The notes under the pieces were generated by a model that was given only the letters and a program-made list of their open reading frames with translations, searched no databases and had not been told where the DNA came from. A program made the translations under genes and the position numbers. From an uncultured bacterium (lineage in GTDB: Bacteria > Hydrothermota > UBA3072), in NCBI GenBank assembly GCA_964604245.1, contig CAZRYJ010000001.1, positions 23,686 through 64,890 on the forward strand: a stretch of 41,205 bases of DNA, written 5' to 3'. Of the stretch, positions 8,787-17,431 are shown piece after piece. Every line of letters begins with the position of its first letter. Within the stretch, counting starts at the first letter, position 1.

Positions 8787-8938
8787 TTAACCACGAAACA
8801 CACGAAAAACACGAAACCCAACCCCCCGGAATGGGACGCAGATGCACGCAGATTTTCAGGATTTGAATCCCCCTTCCACCCCAGATTAATTAGCCACAGA
8901 TTTGTACTGATAGACACGGATACCCTTCCCACCACCCC
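8787..8938 (+). repeat. three consecutive three-word modules
   Basis: 8787-8827 ttaaccacgaaacacacgaaaaacacgaaacccaacccccc; 8833-8882 gggacgcagatgcacgcagattttcaggatttgaatcccccttccacccc; 8886-8938 ttaattagccacagatttgtactgatagacacggatacccttcccaccacccc. The middle and last units recur at 20885-20950. Confidence 0.8.
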
Positions 8939-9009
8939 ATTTTTTATTATTGGTAAGTCAAAAAAAAATTGAAATCCGTGTAGATACGCCTGCCCTGCCT
9001 GTCCCGCTT

Positions 9010-9043
9010 GCCCCGTAAGGAAGAATAACCGTATCGGGGTGTC
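9010..9043 (-). repeat. 34-nt element, left copy of an inverted pair (partner at 10901-10934)
   Basis: The reverse complement of 9010-9043 is gacaccccgatacggttattcttccttacggggc. 10901-10934 reads gacaccccgatacggtcattcttccctacggggc (32/34 identical). Confidence 0.8.
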
Positions 9044-9085
9044 CTCTGTGTTAAAAAATGTTGGGTTTGTGGGGAAAACCCGGCG

Positions 9086-9113
9086 TTGACAATTTGAAGA
9101 AAAAAACTATAAT
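9086..9113 (+). promoter_or_regulatory. near-consensus sigma70 promoter of the four-helix-bundle gene
   Basis: TTGACA 9086-9091, a 16-nt spacer, TATAAT 9108-9113. Followed by hairpin gcggcaaagccgc (9123-9135) in a 47-nt leader. Confidence 0.6.
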
Positions 9114-9160
9114 AACCCTAGCGCGGCAAAGCCGCTAAAATGTAAAAATTAAATATCAAA

Positions 9161-9532
9161 ATGGAAAATGATAAATCAAAGTTCAAAAATGAATTCAAAA
9201 AAAGGCTATACAACTTTGTCCTGAAGCTTATTGAATTTTTAGATGTCTTACCTAAAGATAATGTTTCTAAAAGACTTGGAGATCAATTGCTTCGCAGTGG
9301 TACAAGTATCTTAGGTAATTACGTTGAAGGTCAATCTGCAAGCAGTAAGAAAGATTTTACCAATTATTTCAATTATTCTCTTAAGTCTACTAATGAAAGT
9401 AAGCTATGGATTAATCTTCTTAAGGATAGCAAAAGAGCTACACAAGAACAAGTTAACTGGTTTTTAGAGGAATTGGATGAAATAAGCAAGATTTTCGCTT
9501 CAAGTATTCTTATCCTGAAGGGCAAAAGATGA
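9161..9532 (+). CDS. four-helix-bundle protein (23S rRNA intervening-sequence protein family; same family as DGR Avd)
   Basis: 123 aa. Family-typical pattern ...LPKDNVSKRLGDQLLRSGTSILGNYVEGQSASSKKDFTNYFNYSLKSTNESKLWINLL. Confidence 0.8.
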   Translation: MENDKSKFKNEFKKRLYNFVLKLIEFLDVLPKDNVSKRLGDQLLRSGTSILGNYVEGQSASSKKDFTNYFNYSLKSTNESKLWINLLKDSKRATQEQVNWFLEELDEISKIFASSILILKGKR

Positions 9533-9660
9533 TTTTACATTTTTATTTGTCATTTTGCTTTTTAAATTTTGATATTTTATTTATCAGAAAAAGGCGGTGG
9601 AATTAAATGGGATATTTTTTTGCAAAAAAACAAAAAGTTGACTGACAGTACCACAGGTTT

Positions 9661-10884
9661 ATGATAAATATTAACGAAAATTACTTAAAATTAAAATCAT
9701 CCTATCTCTTTACAGAGATAGAAAAAAGGGTAACAGCATTCAGAGATACTAATCCCGATAAAGAAATTATCAGTTTAGGTATAGGTGATGTTACAAAAGC
9801 CTTGCCTCGTGCCTGTATTAAGGCTTTCCAGAGGGCTGTTAAGGAAATGTCGGACGATAATTCCTTCCGAGGATACGGTCCATATAAAGGATATTCCTTC
9901 CTTCGCGATAAAATTGCCGAAATAGACTTTAACTGCCGGGGAGCGGATATTTCTCCGGATGAAATATTTGTAAGTGACGGGGCAAAATGCGATACCGGTA
10001 ATATCCAGGAGCTTTTTTCTCTAAATTTGAAGGTTGCCGTGCCGGACCCCGTTTACCCTGTTTACGTGGACACAAACGTTATGGCTGGTCGTACGAATGA
10101 GTGGGAAGATGGCAGGTATAATGGTTTGATATACTTGGATACAACAGAAGAAAACGATTATGTTCCCTCTTTACCCCACGAAAAAGTGGATTTAATATAC
10201 CTCTGCTTTCCAAATAATCCTACCGGAGCGACTATTGACAGGGAAAGACTAAAAAATTGGGTAGATTACGCAAAAGAAAATAATGCCCTGATTCTCTATG
10301 ATGCCGCATATGTAGCCTTTATACGGGATAGCAGCATACCGCAGAGTATTTACGAAATAGAAGGCGCAAAAGATATAGCGATAGAATTCAGAAGTTTCTC
10401 CAAAACTGCCGGATTTACAGGTACTCGGTGCGCCTATACCGTTATTCCAAAAAAATGTATGGCTTATGATAAAAACGGAAACAAGCACTCAGTACATAAT
10501 CTGTGGGACAGACGTCAAACCACTAAATTCAACGGAGTTTCTTACCCTGTGCAGAGAGCGGCAGAAGCCGTTTATACACAGGAAGGGCAGAAACAAATAC
10601 GTTCTTTAATTGATTATTACCTACAAAACGCCAAGGTAATAAGAAAAGCGTTCGAAGAATTAGGATATAAATGTAATGGCGGAGATAATGCACCTTATAT
10701 CTGGATAAAAACAGGAAAAGACTCCTGGGAATTCTTTGATTTACTGTTAAATAAAGCCAATATAATCTGTACACCCGGCAGCGGATTCGGCAGATGCGGA
10801 AAAGGCTATATCAGAATAAGCTCATTTAACAGTCAAGAAAAAGTAAAAGAAGCCGTAAACCGTATTAAAACAGCACTCAGGTGA
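9661..10884 (+). CDS. dapL: LL-diaminopimelate aminotransferase
   Basis: 407 aa. N-terminus [21 protein letters not shown] and the PLP-lysine region [22 protein letters not shown] are characteristic of DapL-type class I aminotransferases. Confidence 0.85.
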   Translation: MININENYLKLKSSYLFTEIEKRVTAFRDTNPDKEIISLGIGDVTKALPRACIKAFQRAVKEMSDDNSFRGYGPYKGYSFLRDKIAEIDFNCRGADISPDEIFVSDGAKCDTGNIQELFSLNLKVAVPDPVYPVYVDTNVMAGRTNEWEDGRYNGLIYLDTTEENDYVPSLPHEKVDLIYLCFPNNPTGATIDRERLKNWVDYAKENNALILYDAAYVAFIRDSSIPQSIYEIEGAKDIAIEFRSFSKTAGFTGTRCAYTVIPKKCMAYDKNGNKHSVHNLWDRRQTTKFNGVSYPVQRAAEAVYTQEGQKQIRSLIDYYLQNAKVIRKAFEELGYKCNGGDNAPYIWIKTGKDSWEFFDLLLNKANIICTPGSGFGRCGKGYIRISSFNSQEKVKEAVNRIKTALR

Positions 10885-10900
10885 AAGAATATGCTGCAAA

Positions 10901-10934
10901 GACACCCCGATACGGTCATTCTTCCCTACGGGGC
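10901..10934 (+). repeat. 34-nt element, right copy of the inverted pair bracketing the 4HB gene and dapL
   Basis: See 9010-9043. A weaker relative is at about 20958-20990 (ggtacgatcgttcctccctacagggcaggc). Confidence 0.8.
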
Positions 10935-10961
10935 AGGCAGAGAACACGAAGCCGCACCACA

Positions 10962-11072
10962 CCCCAAAAGATTTAGACAGGATTTACAAGATTAACAGGA
11001 TAAGGTGTTTATTTAAAGCCCATCCCAACCCCAAAAGATTTAGACAGGATTTACAAGATTAACAGGATAAGG
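10962..11072 (+). repeat. 44-bp direct repeat (two copies) forming the left flank of GxxExxY copy 1
   Basis: ccccaaaagatttagacaggatttacaagattaacaggataagg occurs at 10962-11005 and 11029-11072. A third copy is at 23038-23080. Confidence 0.85.
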
Positions 11073-11092
11073 ATATAAATAAGATAAAATAA

Positions 11093-11470
11093 ATGAAATA
11101 CGAAAAGCTTACTGAAAAAATAATCGGTTGCGCTTATCAAGTTTACAATAAAATGGGGTTTGGCTTTTTGGAATCGGTTTATGAAAAATGCTTGATGATT
11201 GAGTTGAAGAAAACGGGACTCAAAGCTGAATCACAACATCCTATTGTAGTTCATTATGAAGATACAGTTGTAGGAGAGTTTGCAGCTGATATCATTGTTG
11301 AAGATTCGATTATACTGGAAATAAAAGCTGTAAGACATATAGCCAAGGCACATGAAGTTCAATTAGTCAACTATCTAAATGCAACCCAAAAGGATATAGG
11401 GTTGATTATCAATTTTGGAGAAAAAGAAGTCGAAATAAAGAGAAAAATTCGAAAATTGCCAGAAAAATAA
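11093..11470 (+). CDS. GxxExxY protein (PD-(D/E)XK nuclease-fold family), copy 1, apparently intact
   Basis: 125 aa. GFGFLESVYEKCL contains the GxxExxY motif; ADIIVEDSIILEIKA contains D...E-x-K core residues. TAA immediately precedes the ATG (aaaataaATGaa). Confidence 0.8.
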   Translation: MKYEKLTEKIIGCAYQVYNKMGFGFLESVYEKCLMIELKKTGLKAESQHPIVVHYEDTVVGEFAADIIVEDSIILEIKAVRHIAKAHEVQLVNYLNATQKDIGLIINFGEKEVEIKRKIRKLPEK

Positions 11471-11517
11471 TTTCATTTGGTCACTCAAATAACAAATAAT
11501 TTTTTTTATCTTTATTT

Positions 11518-11735
11518 CCTGTTATCCTGTCTATCTTTTTTTTATAACATATATTATTTCTTTATCCTGTCCATCCTGTTATCCTTTTTATGTTTTTTTA
11601 CAACAAAACTATTTTTTTTATCCTGTTGATCCTGTCTAAGTTTCTTTTAAATAAATTGTATCTTTATCTAGTCTACCCTGTTATCCTGTCTATCTTTTTT
11701 TTATAACATATATTATTTCTTTATCCTGTCCATCC
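11518..11735 (+). repeat. 59-bp direct repeat (two copies, 159 bp apart) in the right flank of GxxExxY copy 1
   Basis: cctgttatcctgtctatcttttttttataacatatattatttctttatcctgtccatcc occurs at 11518-11576 and 11677-11735. Its atcctgt words are the inverse of the left-flank acaggat words. Confidence 0.85.
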
Positions 11736-11896
11736 GTGCAAATCCGTGGCAAATTAGAACAAAAAATAAATTGGGTGTGGTGGGGCAATCTTGTGCTAAT
11801 CTCGTGTAATCTCGTGGTTCAAAACTGAAATCCTCACTTCCATCAGTATAGATAGAAATGAGGACCTCAGAGAAATGCAAGAAAGGAAGGAAAATC

Positions 11897-12781
11897 TTAC
11901 TGCATTTCGCTTTTTTTCAAATCCAGGGTAAAGGAATTACTACTCTCTCCCCCTCTTTCATCCCTGGCTTTTATTTTAACCAAAAACGAGGTATCTTTAT
12001 CAACTTCCGGAGCTTCCCAGATAAGCCTATTACCTTGAAGGCTCATGCCGGGTGGTCCTTCTTCGAGAGTCAAATTAAAATTATCGCCGTCCGCATCTTC
12101 CGCTTCTATCTCGTATTTCATTAACCCTTTTTCCCCCTGGAGTGAACCTATTATTATTTCAGGAGGCGTATTCTGCACGGCAATTTTTTCTATTTTAACT
12201 TTCTTTCCCCTGCCAAAACCATCGAAAGGCTCGACTTCCGCGTGAATCTCATCTCCTGCCTTTATTTTACCCCCGGGTAATTTTTCTCCACTAAAAGCGT
12301 ACTCTCCGTTTATGAACCACTCAACTAAAAAACTTACACTATCTTTCTCATCTGGATCTCTCACATCACCCTGAACAGAAAGCTCATCTTCATTGCGTGG
12401 TTCTGACGGTTCTATTCTTACCCAATTGATCTCCGGTTTTGTATTCGCGATAACAACTGGTCCTACCCTCTTTTTCTCTTTTCCGTCAATTAGAATTAAA
12501 CACACAACGGTATCTCCTTTTGAAAAATGATTCGGAGATAACAAAGCTTTATCAACTCCTTTAGCGACCCCATTAACCAACCATTCAAACTCAGCATTTC
12601 CTCCTGAGATTAAAGTCGCGTCAATGGTAATAGGATCTATTGTCCTCGGGTTTACGGGCGAAAACTTTGAGGATACAAAACCTACCGCATCAGCTCCAGC
12701 GGAGGAATCCTTTTCTCCGCCGCAGCCGAATATCAAAAAAAGAATTGCGCAGAAAATTAATCCCGATCTTCGTCTTTCCAT
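11897..12781 (-). CDS. lipoprotein with Ig-like/cadherin-like repeats, last gene of the minor-pilin operon
   Basis: 294 aa. Lipobox LFLIFGCGG. Repeated beta-sandwich-like segments, the last resembling a putative-Ig/cadherin-like domain (DADGDNFNLTLEEGPPGMSLQGNRLIWEAP). Overlaps the pilY1-like gene by 25 nt. Confidence 0.55.
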   Translation of the reverse strand: MERRRSGLIFCAILFLIFGCGGEKDSSAGADAVGFVSSKFSPVNPRTIDPITIDATLISGGNAEFEWLVNGVAKGVDKALLSPNHFSKGDTVVCLILIDGKEKKRVGPVVIANTKPEINWVRIEPSEPRNEDELSVQGDVRDPDEKDSVSFLVEWFINGEYAFSGEKLPGGKIKAGDEIHAEVEPFDGFGRGKKVKIEKIAVQNTPPEIIIGSLQGEKGLMKYEIEAEDADGDNFNLTLEEGPPGMSLQGNRLIWEAPEVDKDTSFLVKIKARDERGGESSNSFTLDLKKSEMQ

Positions 12782-15700
12782 TGTATATGTTCCCTAAATG
12801 ACATAAATGACCCAATATTTTGAACCTCAATCTTACCACCCGATTGAATTATTTTTTTACCTTCGCCTGATATACTAAAGCTATAGCTGGGCGGCTGGGG
12901 CATACCTGAACCCATTTCTACTCCCGAGGAGTTATGCGAACCACCTGTTCTTATATGGAAACAATAAGAACGCGCTTCAGAACCTTCTCCGCCAATATCA
13001 CAGGGGCTGACTGTCGAGGAACCATCTCCAGGAGAAAAAGTATAGAATTCAAGAGAATCCTGGAAATAAATAGCCGGTGTTACCACTTTTTCTCTATCAT
13101 GGGTAAGCACAGTCATCCAGCCGTGTGTAGTCGGAGTTTCAGGTATTATCCCAAGATCACTTTCGGTATAAAGCGGTACCGCAGACGTATCGTTAAACGC
13201 ATCAACATCGTAATGAATAGCATAAAAACGTTCCGCGGAGTTACTAAAAACATCCGAACGGTTGCCCGTACCATACGCAATCCAGTAACCGCCGTAAGCT
13301 GGGTCTTTCCATACAAGAGGTCTGTAAAACGCAGGATGCCATTTAACAAGTTGTGATATATCATTGGAAGTAGGGAATGTAAGAGGCTGGAATATCTTCC
13401 TTGCTCTCCAATCGGCTGGATCTGAAAATCTGAGGTCCACAAACCAGAGCTGACCTGCCGCATCCGGAATGAATAAAAAGTCATAACGGTTGCCGAATTG
13501 AGGATCTATATTTACAACCGCGGGTGAAGCCACAAACGGATAACTCATACTCCCTCCTGTTCCTGTGGGAGGTATAAAAATATAACTGCTATTAATTTCC
13601 GTAGTGGCAGCTTTCCAAACATCAAAAGCAATAATTACATTTCCATCCACTGTTCCCGCGGAAATCGAATCAACAAGTGACAGATCCATTGGGTCAGGGA
13701 ACTGACCTCCCCCCACAAAACCGTAAAAACGGTCGATAATACGTCCCGCATAACCTGGCCAGTTTGTACCAACCTTATACATTACCGGAGTTGAAGTAGT
13801 GAAACCCAGTTTATTCTTGAGAGTATTACTTTGCCATGCGTCAAACAGAAAAGTAAGGGAATCCACAGGATGAGAAGTTTCATTAAGCGGATCCGTAATA
13901 TCGAGAGCCATGAATGACTTTCCTCCTTCTCCCTGAGCAGCAATTAAAACTGTGTGCCATTCATTCCACTCCTTCGTACTATCATTTCCACTAGCCGGGA
14001 ACCACACATCAGCTGCCATAGGATCTCCGTCCACAAAGTAATCATGAACGGTAAGCATGTTTTTTACTTTAGAAATGAAATTCATCGGTATGATACCGGC
14101 AACTTCATGCCCTCCTTTTCCACCCTGACCTTTTATGGTATCCGCAAATACGTGAAGCATCCCGTCATTGCCGCCCGCGTATAACAGCGAGCTTCTATTT
14201 TTACTCATTACATTATAAAAACTATCCCACCCTTCGTCCTCGAAGAAATAATTCGGAGATTGTATTCGCAAAGGAGATGAATGGAAAATATCTCCTAATT
14301 CACCCAAACTATCATCAGTACAACCGTCTCTTACCCTGTCAATCACACTTATTGCCTGGGCCCCGGAAGCAACATCCAGATCGGCAGCAGTGAAATTCAA
14401 AGTGTCAAATGGAAGCATACTGCCATCCGACTTAATACCATGAATTGGACGAGAATCAGCCGCGTCATCTGCCAGAGAATCCCCTGCCGACCAGATAATA
14501 AGATTCGAATCTATATCATTCAAATCGATTTCGCCAGTCGTCAATTTCAAAGCTCTGAGATCACCATCCCATATAGGTGTTGAATCGGGTAGAAAGGAAG
14601 CTATATACAACCTCGATTGATAATTCGTCGATAAAAACTCTTCTTCCACCGAGGTTACCGCTGCCGACGTATAAGATTGATTTTGCTGGGATTCAATTCC
14701 CATGAATATGCTTATGAGGGCATTTGAAAGGTCTTGCGCGTCTTCCGCAATAAAGGCGTAACCGGTTAAAGGTTGCTCCTGAGGATTTATAGAAGCAGGT
14801 ACCGTATAATAATCAGGCCACCCCGTTTCGGGATTATCCCCCCTACAGCCGGAAGAAGGGTCAATAGCCATATCATTTCCCGCCATTATAGCCGAATCTG
14901 CCCACGTGCCACCCCATCTCGCTGTCCAGTTGAGAACATTCGCACAATTTGCATCAATATCCGTACCGTAGCCAACAGTATAGACCCGTATAGAATCAGG
15001 ACCGGAAATGGTATCGTTATCTCCGTGAAATGCCAGATATGCCGATCGAACAAGATCCACCGCTCCTCGTCTTAGATCATCCGTATAGTCAATCCTGTCG
15101 GGTGGCCCTCCAGGATCAATAGCCGTTGATGGATAACAATTAGTCCGGGGTACATTAGGCGTTCCATCAGTAATAAGAACAATGCTAAATTTCATACACC
15201 ATAATTCAGGATGTTCATTTCGGTATTCTGCTATACGTTGAACCGCGGCGTCCACCAGCATACCATTAGGGGTAGAACCATCCATCTCTGTAGTGTTTAC
15301 ATGCGCCCATATGGAGTCGACAGATGTACCCATCGTATCGGTGTGCAGATATCGCCAACCAGTCAGATCGTTCACCCAGGTTTTAGTCACCTGATCCCAC
15401 CTGACAGGATCATAAGAATTAGGCGGAACGTTGGTACGGATATCATGAGAATCTGCATCATAGTAATGGGCTGTATCACCCACAAACACTCTTGAATCAT
15501 CAAAAAAACCCTGACCTAATTGTATAGGAAATTCATCATCCCCATCAACAAGTCCGTCTCCGTTCACATCGAGCAGAGAATGAATAACAAGAAGAGCATC
15601 CTTCATTCTATCTGATGTAATTCCAACTCCAGGCGTATGCAAAAGATGTACTTCAACATGATCAATTTTAAGCCCATCATCGGTCGTATATTCGACATAA

Positions 15701-16209
15701 CATTCAACATCTTCGATATTTCCCAGACCTGATACCGGAATCGTTATATCTTCTCGCTGATCTCCGTATCTATTATGCCAACTGTAAGTCCCTCCTGGAA
15801 TAACATTCCAGCCCGTAGCATCACGAATTTTTAATGTCCAGGTTAAATCTAAATCACACGACCTTGGCCTAGATCCAGGCTCCTGCCACGTTATATTCAA
15901 AACCCAGTCTCCGTCTGCGGGATCTCCGGCAAAATTCATCATATCGTTAAGGGGGTAATTATAGGGATACTGTGTACTATCAAACCACGCACTAAAATTC
16001 TCAACATCGGGTACAGAGGAACTAAAAGTACGATTCAAAAGTTCAACATCTACACTAAATGTTTCTGTTTCCTCTTTCATTGACCCGGATCTATCCAGGA
16101 GGAGAATAGCACCAGCGGGAACCCTCAAGGTTTTAAACAGCCTTTCATCTTGAATGTGAGCAGTCAATAAAAGAGGTACAAATATAAGAACTAAAAATAT
16201 CTTTTTCAT
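12757..16209 (-). CDS. pilY1: PilY1-like type IV pilus tip adhesin with N-terminal vWA domain
   Basis: 1150 aa. MIDAS motif LLLDRSGSM near the N-terminus, later VLITDGTPN, and the PilY1 beta-propeller signature LLYAGGNDGMLHVF. Sits where pilY1 sits in fimU-pilVWXY1 operons. Confidence 0.8.
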   Translation of the reverse strand: MKKIFLVLIFVPLLLTAHIQDERLFKTLRVPAGAILLLDRSGSMKEETETFSVDVELLNRTFSSSVPDVENFSAWFDSTQYPYNYPLNDMMNFAGDPADGDWVLNITWQEPGSRPRSCDLDLTWTLKIRDATGWNVIPGGTYSWHNRYGDQREDITIPVSGLGNIEDVECYVEYTTDDGLKIDHVEVHLLHTPGVGITSDRMKDALLVIHSLLDVNGDGLVDGDDEFPIQLGQGFFDDSRVFVGDTAHYYDADSHDIRTNVPPNSYDPVRWDQVTKTWVNDLTGWRYLHTDTMGTSVDSIWAHVNTTEMDGSTPNGMLVDAAVQRIAEYRNEHPELWCMKFSIVLITDGTPNVPRTNCYPSTAIDPGGPPDRIDYTDDLRRGAVDLVRSAYLAFHGDNDTISGPDSIRVYTVGYGTDIDANCANVLNWTARWGGTWADSAIMAGNDMAIDPSSGCRGDNPETGWPDYYTVPASINPQEQPLTGYAFIAEDAQDLSNALISIFMGIESQQNQSYTSAAVTSVEEEFLSTNYQSRLYIASFLPDSTPIWDGDLRALKLTTGEIDLNDIDSNLIIWSAGDSLADDAADSRPIHGIKSDGSMLPFDTLNFTAADLDVASGAQAISVIDRVRDGCTDDSLGELGDIFHSSPLRIQSPNYFFEDEGWDSFYNVMSKNRSSLLYAGGNDGMLHVFADTIKGQGGKGGHEVAGIIPMNFISKVKNMLTVHDYFVDGDPMAADVWFPASGNDSTKEWNEWHTVLIAAQGEGGKSFMALDITDPLNETSHPVDSLTFLFDAWQSNTLKNKLGFTTSTPVMYKVGTNWPGYAGRIIDRFYGFVGGGQFPDPMDLSLVDSISAGTVDGNVIIAFDVWKAATTEINSSYIFIPPTGTGGSMSYPFVASPAVVNIDPQFGNRYDFLFIPDAAGQLWFVDLRFSDPADWRARKIFQPLTFPTSNDISQLVKWHPAFYRPLVWKDPAYGGYWIAYGTGNRSDVFSNSAERFYAIHYDVDAFNDTSAVPLYTESDLGIIPETPTTHGWMTVLTHDREKVVTPAIYFQDSLEFYTFSPGDGSSTVSPCDIGGEGSEARSYCFHIRTGGSHNSSGVEMGSGMPQPPSYSFSISGEGKKIIQSGGKIEVQNIGSFMSFREHIQWKDEDRD

Positions 16210-16211
16210 TG

Positions 16212-16817
16212 CTAATCTCCTTTTGGAACCAAATTGTCCATATATTCTTCAATCTTCTCCGCAAGGGGACAGAGTTTTATCACTACCGGAATGATTTTTA
16301 CCGTTCTATCTTCCTTGATCTCTATGAACGAATAATAAGTTTTTGCCGGATACTTTATCCCTGCCATTTTCTCAACTATTAATCCCGGTTCGATTTCTCC
16401 TTCTTCATCTTTATAGTCCTCTTCGGGTAAAAATTTTCTTAATTCCTCTAATGAAAGAGAAGAAATTCCGAGTTTCCTCGCCGATTCTTTCTCCAAATCC
16501 TCCCATGCCTGCTTCAACTCTCCTTTTTCATAAAGAGCGCAATATCTATCGAATTTTTTCATCTTTATTGCTCTCTTCATAAAATTTAAGCCCCGGGGTA
16601 ACCCCTCTATCGCAGTACCTTTTGAAAAGAGTACCTTGCATCCGCCCCCAAATATGCCGGAATCCAAGTAGATAAACCTCTTCTCGAGATTGCGCTCTCC
16701 ATATCCTTTTGCCATTGAAGATTCCATGATCTCCCTGGAAATTCCCCCTGCGTTGGTTCCTTCTAATTGAACCCATTCAAATTCACTGTAAAACGATAAA
16801 ACTAATAAAAATAACAT
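16212..16817 (-). CDS. hypothetical protein between the pilX-like and pilY1-like genes
   Basis: 201 aa with a short hydrophobic N-terminus and no recognisable motif. Only 2 nt from the pilY1-like start. Confidence 0.45.
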   Translation of the reverse strand: MLFLLVLSFYSEFEWVQLEGTNAGGISREIMESSMAKGYGERNLEKRFIYLDSGIFGGGCKVLFSKGTAIEGLPRGLNFMKRAIKMKKFDRYCALYEKGELKQAWEDLEKESARKLGISSLSLEELRKFLPEEDYKDEEGEIEPGLIVEKMAGIKYPAKTYYSFIEIKEDRTVKIIPVVIKLCPLAEKIEEYMDNLVPKGD

Positions 16818-16841
16818 AAATCCTCCTTTAATATAAAATAT

Positions 16842-17423
16842 TTAATACATCGTATGTCCAAGACCGGCTCCTCCCGAAGGGATAGTAAAAGCGCTGGCAT
16901 TCTCAATCCGTCGATATGCTACAATATCGTCGCTTCGCTCCAAAACTCCTCTTGTTCTGTAGTAAATTAGAGCACCATCCTGGGTAAAAACCGGATTCGC
17001 CCAGGTAGTATCAGCACTGTCTGTAACAGTTGGTATGGATGCAATGATAGAGGAATCTTTGCTATAATCTATGAAAGAAGGCAAAGCTAAACAACCAATT
17101 ATTAAAGAATCCATAGATAGATAAAGCGGGTACGAATAAACCGTATCCATATTTTGCCTTTCATAAAACACTTTATTGTAATTAGTATCAAAGAATAGCG
17201 TATCCAGTTCATGTAACTTTTTATACTCAGGCAGATAGGAAATCAAAAAATCACTGGGAGCTTCCGCGGCTCTTAAAGTTCTGTATCTCTTCCTCAGATT
17301 TATCGCTGAAGTTATATCACTAGAAGTCATTAAAGCAGTAGCGGCGACGACAACCGTCAATATGGTCACTATCCATAAAACAACAATCATTGAAATACCT
17401 TTTTTCCCTTCTTCTTTCTTCAT
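16842..17423 (-). CDS. PilX-like minor pilin / pilus assembly protein
   Basis: 193 aa. N-terminus KKGISMIVVLWIVTILTVVVAATALMTS matches the PilX_N/GspK-type hydrophobic segment. Position follows the pilW-like gene. Confidence 0.55.
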   Translation of the reverse strand: MKKEEGKKGISMIVVLWIVTILTVVVAATALMTSSDITSAINLRKRYRTLRAAEAPSDFLISYLPEYKKLHELDTLFFDTNYNKVFYERQNMDTVYSYPLYLSMDSLIIGCLALPSFIDYSKDSSIIASIPTVTDSADTTWANPVFTQDGALIYYRTRGVLERSDDIVAYRRIENASAFTIPSGGAGLGHTMY

Positions 17424-17431
17424 ACTCCCTC

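Noticed and set aside
9161-9532. Diversity-generating retroelement, because the 4HB protein belongs to the Avd family
   Set aside because: No reverse transcriptase ORF and no template/variable repeat pair with adenine-specific mismatches is present anywhere in the window.
9638-9665. TTGACT-16-TATGAT upstream of dapL
   Set aside because: The -10 box overlaps ATG 9661. The DapL N-terminus ([12 protein letters not shown]...) matches the family, so transcription must start further upstream.
10962-11735. Possible CRISPR array suggested by the 44-bp and 59-bp direct repeats around GxxExxY copy 1
   Set aside because: There are only two copies of each repeat. Spacing is irregular (67 and 159 bp). 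The 'spacers' themselves consist of the same atcctgt/acaggat words. No cas genes are in the window.
12934-15495. Antisense ORFs inside the pilY1-like gene, and similar ones inside the A2M, pbpC, GGDEF, dapL and secreted-protein genes
   Set aside because: They are shadow ORFs on the opposite strand of long, motif-supported genes. They are rich in Arg/Ile/Ser as expected from antisense reading, and carry no independent signals.
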